Assembly: GCA_009859145.1 (NCBI GenBank)
Contig: VRVR01000004.1
Span: 108,677-172,676 of the forward strand
From: Andalucia godoyi And28
Lineage: Eukaryota > Protista > Jakobida
DNA length: 64,000 nucleotides
Direction: 5' to 3'
Both the position numbers and the translations under genes were made by a program. This document shows, piece after piece, positions 44,275 to 52,200 of the stretch (positions are counted from its first letter, which is position 1; every line of letters begins with the position of its first letter). The notes below the pieces were generated by a model that worked only from the letters and a program-made list of their open reading frames with translations, had not been told where the DNA came from and ran no database searches.

Positions 44275-45663
44275 CTACACACTGGATCCGCCGCCAGTCA
44301 ATATTAGAGCGGCCGACAGTGCGTACGCAATGATGAGAAACGTGACCGAGAGCACATCGACAGTGCGAGTCATCTTCAGCTTTTTCTTTCGGTTGTTGCG
44401 GATTTTCGAGTATGTTTCATATGAAGATACAAAATCCTTCTTGGCCTCATCAACTTGGTTGATCGGTGGCAATCGCATTTCCGATCCTCTGTTTCGTGCC
44501 TGCTCCTTTTGAGGGTCGTCTTTAAGCAGGGGTGAGTCCGGTGCAACTCTTCTCATCGGCTCGACACTCATGCCGCGAGGTGTCAACCCTGGCAACGGAT
44601 TCTTTTCCGTGCTCGGATGGCCTCTCTCGGACATAGGGCCGTGTGTTTCTGCATTTTTCGCTTCCGAAATCTGCAACACCATTTCCGCGTGCTCGTCTCT
44701 CTTCTCGTGTGTGTAGAACACTAGATAGTTGACTGCGTGTACAGCCATACACGCAAACACGGTCAGATACGAGAGTTGCATGAACGAGTCGATCCGAGTG
44801 CTGTATGCAACCTTTGGAAGATCCTGCGACGCTATAAACAAGTAAGATATAATTGCCAAGAATACCGTAATCGAGCCCATCATTCGATCGGCCTCGTCAA
44901 CTTCAAGCGCAAAGCACAGGAAGCCCATCATCACCAGCACCACGACACCAATGACGAATTTGGACAAGTAGTATCCAGGATCTCTCTTCACGACAATTGC
45001 ATATCGCAATCGGGAATATGAAGCCTTGAAAAGAGTGTAGTAATAATCTAATTCATCGGCTGCATTGCGCTGAATCGTCCAACTCTGCACTTCAAATCCA
45101 GGAGGAAGCACACCCGCCGGGGGCAAGTTTGCCGGCAACACGACAAACTTCATTTGGGAACTTGTCCAAATCGCCGACTCTACAATGATGAAAATAGTCT
45201 GTGTGTCAAATGGAAAGTCACGCAGATTCATGTCCACCAGAAAATCGCCCTTGAACCGGAAGTCCCCCTGGACCCATGGACCCACTGTGTTTGGAGCATT
45301 CGGATCCCCCGCAGAATAACCAAGCAGATCATCGGGCTGAGAAGCATGCACTTGATACGGCGAATCAATCGTCTGCTCCGGAGTCCCCACAACGTTAATC
45401 ATCTCTATGTAAGGATTGAAGTGCGTCACCGGGTCGTATTCCAGCGTCTGATTATCAATCGTCGGATCATTCCAAAACACCTCCAAATAAAAATCAGCAT
45501 TAAACGTCTGCTCAACTCCATTGATTTTCTGTAGCATGTTGAAATACACTTTTGTGTACACGTTCAGTGTCTCATAAGGCGGAGCAACCTGTGAAACAAC
45601 CCTCAGCATCCCAAAGCACCCAATCCACACAAACGCCGTTATCAAAAAATACTTGAATTCCAT
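44275..45663 (-). CDS. Cys-less pentameric ligand-gated ion channel
   Basis: N-terminal hydrophobic leader, INGVEQTFNADFYLEVFW.DP, NLRDFPFDTQ, YSRLRYAIVVKRDPGYY, four TM helices with a long M3-M4 loop. Confidence 0.9.
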   Translation of the reverse strand: MEFKYFLITAFVWIGCFGMLRVVSQVAPPYETLNVYTKVYFNMLQKINGVEQTFNADFYLEVFWNDPTIDNQTLEYDPVTHFNPYIEMINVVGTPEQTIDSPYQVHASQPDDLLGYSAGDPNAPNTVGPWVQGDFRFKGDFLVDMNLRDFPFDTQTIFIIVESAIWTSSQMKFVVLPANLPPAGVLPPGFEVQSWTIQRNAADELDYYYTLFKASYSRLRYAIVVKRDPGYYLSKFVIGVVVLVMMGFLCFALEVDEADRMMGSITVFLAIISYLFIASQDLPKVAYSTRIDSFMQLSYLTVFACMAVHAVNYLVFYTHEKRDEHAEMVLQISEAKNAETHGPMSERGHPSTEKNPLPGLTPRGMSVEPMRRVAPDSPLLKDDPQKEQARNRGSEMRLPPINQVDEAKKDFVSSYETYSKIRNNRKKKLKMTRTVDVLSVTFLIIAYALSAALILTGGGSSV

Positions 45664-45809
45664 TTTCTACTGTTCCACATACTTCGCTGCCTCCATTCAA
45701 AGTATCTCAACAAATGCAGCACGAACAATACACAGCAACAACACTCTGAATGGCCAAAATCGGAACATCAACAATTATCAAAAGACAAAAAAGACAAAAA
45801 CCGATCAAG

Positions 45810-46308
45810 CCGTTGAATAATGACACGTCATTGTCCGATACTGGCCGACACCAGCACGTTTGTTTCACAGGGGAATTCGTGCTTACGCACGCTCGGCCAA
45901 AATTCAGTCTGCGACACAGGCTCCGTATTTTCGACACTCTTGAACGCAGCATCCGTAGCCATCTATTCTATCATTCGCTGGTTTCGCTTTTTGGTTTCAC
46001 TTTTTGCAACGTTTGTTCCATAAGGCGACCGAGTATCGCGAGCGCCATGTTGCCATCGTGACGGAGGAGTACACGTCCAAAACGTGCGGGCGCTGCGGTG
46101 AGATCCATGCACGTCGAGGCGGAAGCAAAGTGTTTGCATGTCCCGCGTGCAGCTCACCGATTGATCGAGATTGGGAACGGAGCACGGAACATCTATCTGA
46201 AGAACACCGTGAGGCGTGTTGGGGCCTATCCCCTTCCCGGCAACGGGATGCAAGATTGGATATGCATACCTTCGATTAGACATGCATGTTCAGTGTATAG
46301 TGCAGGCT
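45810..46308 (+). mobile_element. Non-autonomous IS607/Fanzor2 element, family 1, copy D (longest Fanzor remnant of the family)
   Basis: CCGTTGAATAA start; QRLFHKATEYRERHVAIVTEEYTSKTCGRCGEIH..GGSKVFACPACSSPIDRDW/(+1)NGARNIYLK; ends CAGTGTATAGTGCAGGC. Confidence 0.92.
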
Positions 46309-46659
46309 GGTCTTAGTGTGTTTTATTTCGTTTTCATCGTCATAGCAAAAATGCTTGGAAAATCTACTGTAGCGATGAGCGTTTTTTATCCGATTAGAAT
46401 TACGGTAAGTAAAACGGGATCTCCTTTCTCTTCCACAAATTCGCGTTTTTACTTGTTCTAAAGTTTGGGTTTGATTTGGCTGTCGTCGTCGCCCGCAGCT
46501 CGGATTTGTTGAGAGTCGGCCACTCTTGGAGGCATGTCGGAAAAACTGCACGAACGATACGAAAAGAAGCACCGTGCATCCGCATTTTTTTACCCACGAC
46601 TCTACAAATAGCGCCCCAACTTCGCAAGCTTTATCGGCGAACTAGGATGGCGCATGCAC

Positions 46660-46766
46660 TTGTGTGCCTGGGGTCTCTCCGCAGACGACTGCTGGTTCGT
46701 AGGATCGATGGTCATGCAATAGTGCCAACTGGAGCCAATTAATATTGATGCAGTGTATCGTAGGCA
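46660..46766 (+). repeat. Fanzor2-type right-end/omegaRNA-like cassette, family 2, copy 3 (may extend upstream to about 46480)
   Basis: AGACGACTGCTGGTTCGTAGGATCGATGGTCATGC...GATGCAGTGTATCGTAGGC aligns with the two copies flanking the ARD gene. Confidence 0.7.
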
Positions 46767-46952
46767 AGCGATCGTAAAGAAAAAACCCAACACAAATGTG
46801 ATTTTCGAGATTTTCCGTTTTTGTTTTTCTGTTTTCGTGGACTTTTTGTTTGAAAAAGGCAGCCAAGGCACGAAAGAGATTCACAAAACAAACCAAAAAA
46901 GAGAAGAAGAAAGTAAGAAAGAAAAAGAAAGGCAGTTAGCACGTGGTGAGTT

Positions 46953-47285
46953 ATGAAGGAACAACGAATGTCGGTGGCTGTTGGAACGCACGTATCACCT
47001 TCTCGGTCTCGAAGATCTTCGTTCTCGACTTATGCGAAACAGGAAGCATGGGGAAGCACAACCAAGTTTTGGGGTTGGGGGCTTCTCGGGATCTCTTGCC
47101 TCTTCTTCTGCTTCTTCATGTATGTGATTGTGTTCGCGAAACAAGCTCCAGAAACAGGATTTCTTGTGTTTGACTTTTGGAGAATCGATTGGTACTACTG
47201 CTTGCTGATTCCTATGCTGATCCCAGTCACGACGATTGCTGCGTATCTGAATTGGATGGGAATGAAGTTCTTTCGACACAACTGA
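46953..47285 (+). CDS. PIGY: GPI-GlcNAc transferase subunit PIG-Y/Eri1-like
   Basis: Two TM helices and DWYYCLLIP.LIPVT....LNWMGMKFFRHN C-terminus; start at 46953 or 46968. Confidence 0.8.
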   Translation: MKEQRMSVAVGTHVSPSRSRRSSFSTYAKQEAWGSTTKFWGWGLLGISCLFFCFFMYVIVFAKQAPETGFLVFDFWRIDWYYCLLIPMLIPVTTIAAYLNWMGMKFFRHN

Positions 47286-47442
47286 CAACTTGTTTTTTTT
47301 TTTTGTAGTTGTAGTTGTAGTTGTAGTTTTTTTTTGTTGTTGTTGTTGTATTGTCGACAATGGTGTATATCGTCATTTCCACAATCACCACAAAAATAAG
47401 AGCAATTAGCAAGATTAAGACCAGGACACGAACAACCGGGTT

Positions 47443-50400
47443 CTATCCGCCGAGCTGAACGGTGCATGTGAACCCGTAGTAGTCTGTGGAGTCGAAGGCA
47501 CTGTATCCTGCAACTGTTAGTATGATATTGAGGACCCCCATCGCTCCAGGGACCGATGGGGCAGTGTAGATTACTTGCGTGTAAATTGGATAGAACGCTG
47601 TTCCTACTTTGACCCCGGTGCTGTAATCGACACTGAACGTGTTCGTTCGCACAATGCAGGTTGCATACATGACTCCCAACTTCGCGATGAGTGTGCCGTG
47701 AAGGAGGACACCTGTTTTGGTTGTTGTGCACTCGTAGTTGGGGCCATTGGCAGCGCACGACGGAGCACCCTTTTCAATTTGGATCACCACAGGCGGGTAC
47801 ACGCAAGTCGCATCCGACAATACAGTTGTTGAACCCGTGCAGAGAGTTCCCAGCAGGGTTGTTTTCGTCTTTGTGCCGCCTATCACAAACGTCTTCGATG
47901 TCTCGCTGCCAATGTTGAGCGTTGTTGTGGATGCTCCGATGTCAATGGTTCCTGTGGAGTCCACTTTGAGATACGTTCCTGAAAGACGAAGACCGCTCTT
48001 GCTTGCCACGCTGTATTCCGAACCGGTCTCACCCAGGGTTACGCCCGTACCGCGAAGCCAGGTGGTGACGTTTGTACCACCGATTCGCACCGAGTTGCTG
48101 TCACTACCGATGTAAACTGACCCAGCAAGCGAGCCATTCACAGATCCCAGTCCGGCCTGCAATACAAGATCGCCACCACTGGAGTTCAGGTCTCCTCGCC
48201 CAGCTGAAATTACCAACGAAACGCCTGTTGCATTGGAGTTTGGGTCCGCGTTGGAAGCAAAAATAGTCACAGTTCCTGTGGAGTTTCCCAGCTGAACTTT
48301 GGGGGATCGGAGCCACACTTTTCCAGACGACGTCGTCGGTTGCAGCGTAATATCTGATCCACTGAAAATCGACACGGTTGATGTGGTTGTCATTGTCACA
48401 CTGCCCGTGTTCGTCGTCAACGAAGAGCCAGATAGTATGAGCGAGCTCGAGCCTGCGATGGCAGAAACGAAGGAAGGACCTGATAAAAAGACACTGCCTG
48501 CACTGGAGGAAACCGTGACGTCTCCGCTGGATGTCAGGGCCGCTGAAGAAGTGCCGCTGAAGAATGCCGAGGACGCTTGGCCCCGCAGTGCGCCGGAGGA
48601 CGACAGCAGAATATTCTTCGTTGCCACGAGCTGCACTGAATCTTGCGCAGTCACTGTGGAGTTCGCAGAGGACTGCACGTCCACAGTTGACGAACTCACG
48701 GCAATTACAGCATGCGCACTAAGACGGACGTTCGCCGCGGTCGACTTCACAGTGACGTCTCCTGCCGAAAATACAGCTGAAGATGATGTTCCAGAGAGAA
48801 CAACTGCTTGGGCATTTCCGTGAATGGTACCGGATGTTTGAAAATCGATTCCTTGCGAGCCATTAACGTTGACAAAAGAGCTGGAACTGATGGAGGCGTT
48901 CGACATTGACTGCAGTGAGAGCGAGGTGCTGAAGGCCTTGAAATTAGCACCAGTGAGAAGCATGCTACTTGCCGCGCCGACGATGACATCCGAGGGAGAC
49001 GTCATGCTGATTCCAGCAGCGGACAATGCCGAGGAAGAACCAAATGCAGATGCATGGATGCCAGTGGTCGAGACATCAAAATGCTCAGCGCCAACAGAAA
49101 GTTTGATGGTCGAGGCTGATGTTAGTGAAATAGATGAGCCCGATGTCATGTACGTATCCCTAGTAGAGGTCGAAGTCAGATCTCTTGCTGCCCCAAGAGA
49201 GACATCTTGCGAAGCTGCTAGTGAAATATCTTTTGCAACTGTATTCGCATTTCCACTGGGAGCAGAAACCTTCACGGAATCACTGGACTGCAGTGTCATC
49301 GCACCAGCAGATGTGATTTTGACGGATCCCGCTGACGTCGTTGCATCGATGTCTCCGACGATTGTGGCACTCAGAGTCTGCGAAGTAAATCCGATGGCGC
49401 TCCCGGGAGACGACACAGACACGCCGCCGGAAGCAGATAGAGCAATCGATGCTGAAGAGATGGTTGTTGGGCCGGAGGAAGAAACAACCAACACTGCACT
49501 TGATGCAGAAAGCTTTCCGGACGCCGACAAGGTCATGTCCGTCGCTGCCACGTTCATTGTTCCGCCTACCGAAAACAAAGTATCCTTTGCAACAGCAAAC
49601 TTTGCGTCGTTTGCGGCGACACGGACTTCGTTGCTCGGCGTTGATAGGCTTACAGATCCACTCGCAGAAATTTGTATGCTCGACTTCGAGACCAGCGAGA
49701 CTGTGCCGTCCGATGAGATGTCTGTTTTCCCACCGCTCGATACGATCGTATCTCGGCCTGTCACAAAGCTGGTGTCCAGCGCTGCTGTTGAAGCAACCGA
49801 TCCAGCAGAAGACACAACGGTCAGGTCTCCGGAAGTCGTCGACAGCGCAATGCCTGTCGCAGCGGAAACCGCAACTGCCGAACTTCCTGCAATCATGCTG
49901 ATTGCATTTCCGGTAAGAAGGACACCTCCGGCAGCGGCTTCAGCAGGCATCGAAAATCCCGACTGGGTGGCAGCTTGAATGGTGACTCCTCCTCCAAGCA
50001 CTCCTATGTTTCCTAAAGTTCCAGAGCCCGAGTCAAACCCCCCAAGCTTAAGTGTGGAAGCTGTGGAAGCTGAGAGTACACCTCCTGCAGCAGTGATTCC
50101 ACTGAAAGACGATTGTGCCGAGTTCACGACAAACTTGTTGGAGTCAGCCTTCATGATGACGCTACCTGCAGAGCTCAGTGCTTGCACTCCCGCGCTTCCG
50201 GTTGTTCCCGAGAGTTGAATGAAATCCGCTCCGGCAGAATCCCAAAGTCGCATCGAACCCGTTTCCGAAATTGAGAATACCGAATGCGCGGTCAGTGGTT
50301 GATGGAAAGTCGAACCTGCGTAAACAGAAAGTAGATGCGGCCCCCCTCCCGCGGCGTTGCCAATGACCGTCGATTTCCACAATTCGGTGTAGTTTGTGAC

Positions 50401-51075
50401 ACGCAGTTTTCCGAATTCGAAAGTCGGGACATCAATAATGTTCGCCTCGAGCTTCATGAGCTGAACTATGTCGACGGTGCCGTCTGCAGTGATAATCTTA
50501 TTGGTGAACACCGTGAACAGCACATACGAGAGCAAAAATGCGTTGGAAAGAGATACGAGGACAAGGAATGCAATGATTGCAAGCATCTTGTTTCTTTGCT
50601 TGAGCAGTCGACGTTCAATGTTTTCTCGGAATCGAAGAACTTCCTTCTCTGTCAGCGAAGTTGGAGTTTCTTTTTCTGCGTCAAAGGACTCGGGAGCACC
50701 CGTTGCTGCCAAGATCTTTCGAGGAAATGCAATCTTTTTCGGAAGCTTTGGCGGCGGTTTCAACGGCGACGTCCCTGGCACACGCGTTTCATCCTGTTTG
50801 GAAATCAGAGAAATTGCGGAGCCCTTTCTGAAAGTGCTCCCTTTTGGAAAAATAAAGCTATTTTGTGAGCTGATGGATGCTGCAGACGCGAACAATTCCG
50901 CTGCAGATCCCTCTGAATTTCGCAGAAGAGCTGTTGGCGTACCACTGAATGACTGGACGTCCTTGAACCGTGGAGACGCACGAAAGCTTGCGATGCGGGG
51001 AGGCTGTGGGGCATTCTGTGGAGTTGAGGGGATTTCGACGGGGGGAGCCTCTTCATCTGTGTCTTGAGTGGACAT
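47443..51075 (-). CDS. Large type II membrane protein with an ~900-aa Ser/Ala/Gly/Thr-rich beta-repeat ectodomain
   Basis: 1210-aa ORF: ~160-aa disordered N-terminus, one TM helix (MLAIIAFLVLVSLSNAFLLSYVLF), then ~8-residue periodic strands (SISLTSAS TIKLSVG, SVKITSAG AMTLQSSD). Confidence 0.8.
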   Translation of the reverse strand: MSTQDTDEEAPPVEIPSTPQNAPQPPRIASFRASPRFKDVQSFSGTPTALLRNSEGSAAELFASAASISSQNSFIFPKGSTFRKGSAISLISKQDETRVPGTSPLKPPPKLPKKIAFPRKILAATGAPESFDAEKETPTSLTEKEVLRFRENIERRLLKQRNKMLAIIAFLVLVSLSNAFLLSYVLFTVFTNKIITADGTVDIVQLMKLEANIIDVPTFEFGKLRVTNYTELWKSTVIGNAAGGGPHLLSVYAGSTFHQPLTAHSVFSISETGSMRLWDSAGADFIQLSGTTGSAGVQALSSAGSVIMKADSNKFVVNSAQSSFSGITAAGGVLSASTASTLKLGGFDSGSGTLGNIGVLGGGVTIQAATQSGFSMPAEAAAGGVLLTGNAISMIAGSSAVAVSAATGIALSTTSGDLTVVSSAGSVASTAALDTSFVTGRDTIVSSGGKTDISSDGTVSLVSKSSIQISASGSVSLSTPSNEVRVAANDAKFAVAKDTLFSVGGTMNVAATDMTLSASGKLSASSAVLVVSSSGPTTISSASIALSASGGVSVSSPGSAIGFTSQTLSATIVGDIDATTSAGSVKITSAGAMTLQSSDSVKVSAPSGNANTVAKDISLAASQDVSLGAARDLTSTSTRDTYMTSGSSISLTSASTIKLSVGAEHFDVSTTGIHASAFGSSSALSAAGISMTSPSDVIVGAASSMLLTGANFKAFSTSLSLQSMSNASISSSSFVNVNGSQGIDFQTSGTIHGNAQAVVLSGTSSSAVFSAGDVTVKSTAANVRLSAHAVIAVSSSTVDVQSSANSTVTAQDSVQLVATKNILLSSSGALRGQASSAFFSGTSSAALTSSGDVTVSSSAGSVFLSGPSFVSAIAGSSSLILSGSSLTTNTGSVTMTTTSTVSIFSGSDITLQPTTSSGKVWLRSPKVQLGNSTGTVTIFASNADPNSNATGVSLVISAGRGDLNSSGGDLVLQAGLGSVNGSLAGSVYIGSDSNSVRIGGTNVTTWLRGTGVTLGETGSEYSVASKSGLRLSGTYLKVDSTGTIDIGASTTTLNIGSETSKTFVIGGTKTKTTLLGTLCTGSTTVLSDATCVYPPVVIQIEKGAPSCAANGPNYECTTTKTGVLLHGTLIAKLGVMYATCIVRTNTFSVDYSTGVKVGTAFYPIYTQVIYTAPSVPGAMGVLNIILTVAGYSAFDSTDYYGFTCTVQLGG

Positions 51076-51405
51076 TTTGTGCGATGAAACTGTGGGTTAA
51101 TTACAAAATCTGTGACGGTTGACAGGTGCTCGGCACTTGGCAGTTTGGGCAGCTGGACTCCTCTTATCGCCTTTCAATGCGATGCTGCTGCTGCTGCTGC
51201 TGTTGTTGTTGTTGTTAGACAGAGGCTGCTCAAGAAAGAGACGAGGAAAAACGTGAGTTGGTGATTGGAATTTGGCGAACTTGATTATGAGTGTGGAAAG
51301 TACACAGCACCGATCATAAATGTTTTTAAAAAATTAAAATATTAATCAAATAAACAATAAATTAAATAAAGAGAGGAACCGAATCCGGATTCTCGGAGGA
51401 TTCAC

Positions 51406-51822
51406 ATGTCGAACGTTCGAAAAGTGATAAGTGATAAGGCCTCAGTTAGAGGGTTAAAAAAGTTCCTGTTTCGTGTGCGATATGCCTCTTGTCACTCTGC
51501 ATCAAACAACTGGAAACGGTTTGCAGCTTTGTGTATCAAACAATATCATAACGTAAGTTTTTATATGAATTACCAATGCAAAGATTTCTTTTCCCAGCAA
51601 TTCTCCATTCTTCACTCACTTTCTGATTCTTTCTGTTATTTTCTGTTTGTTTGTGTTTTATAAACGAACCTTCAAGCCGCACCTTTCGTCAAGGACAAAG
51701 CATCTCGTGGCTCCAAAAAGAGGGATCTTCCCAACGAACTCAAACCGGCCATGCCCAATGATATCGAGAACCTGGAAACTCGTGGCTGCGACGATCCTTT
51801 GATGCAGAGCAATCTTCACTGA
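51406..51822 (+). CDS. Possible small spliced gene, weakly resembling the mS25/mL43/NDUFA2 family
   Basis: ATG exon ..FRVRYASCHSASNNWKRFAALCIKQYHN ends at a GTAAGT donor (51553). The downstream exon phase is unresolved. Confidence 0.25.
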
Positions 51823-52200
51823 AGAGTTGGTGTTCGCCCCAATTAATTTTTAAAAAAACATGTGCCTTGGATCTGTCTTCGGTGATAGCTTCGCCGATGA
51901 TCAATAATGACTCACGTTCTGGCAAGCGGTAAAAACCACAAAAATAATGAAACCGCTGTAGAGGTGAGCTCTTTCTGTTTTTTGTGCAAAAATTTGTGGC
52001 AGAAATATTTTTTACAACTGCTTCCGGCCGGGCTGCAGGGAGTTGTGGCGTTGCTTAGATTGTAGCCTGCGGGTTTTCGGCATCCATTTTGCGCTTATGC
52101 AGCACCGAGTGTAAAACTTCATTGGATGCCAGGAAGATCTGCCCTGGGAAAAGTGGGGAGATGGCTCGGTTTCGTATTTTACACCCATAAACGGGGCGAA

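Noticed and set aside
21351-46308. Dispersed repeats interpreted as a CRISPR array or tRNA/SINE
   Set aside because: They are not tandem repeat-spacer units, show no cloverleaf or A/B boxes, and carry TnpB/Fanzor coding remnants. No CRISPR array, tRNA or rRNA was recognised in the window.
48869-49978. Long antisense ORFs (also 3514-4224, 23066-23761, 61065-62246, 62880-63605)
   Set aside because: Shadow frames opposite well-supported genes; no independent motifs.
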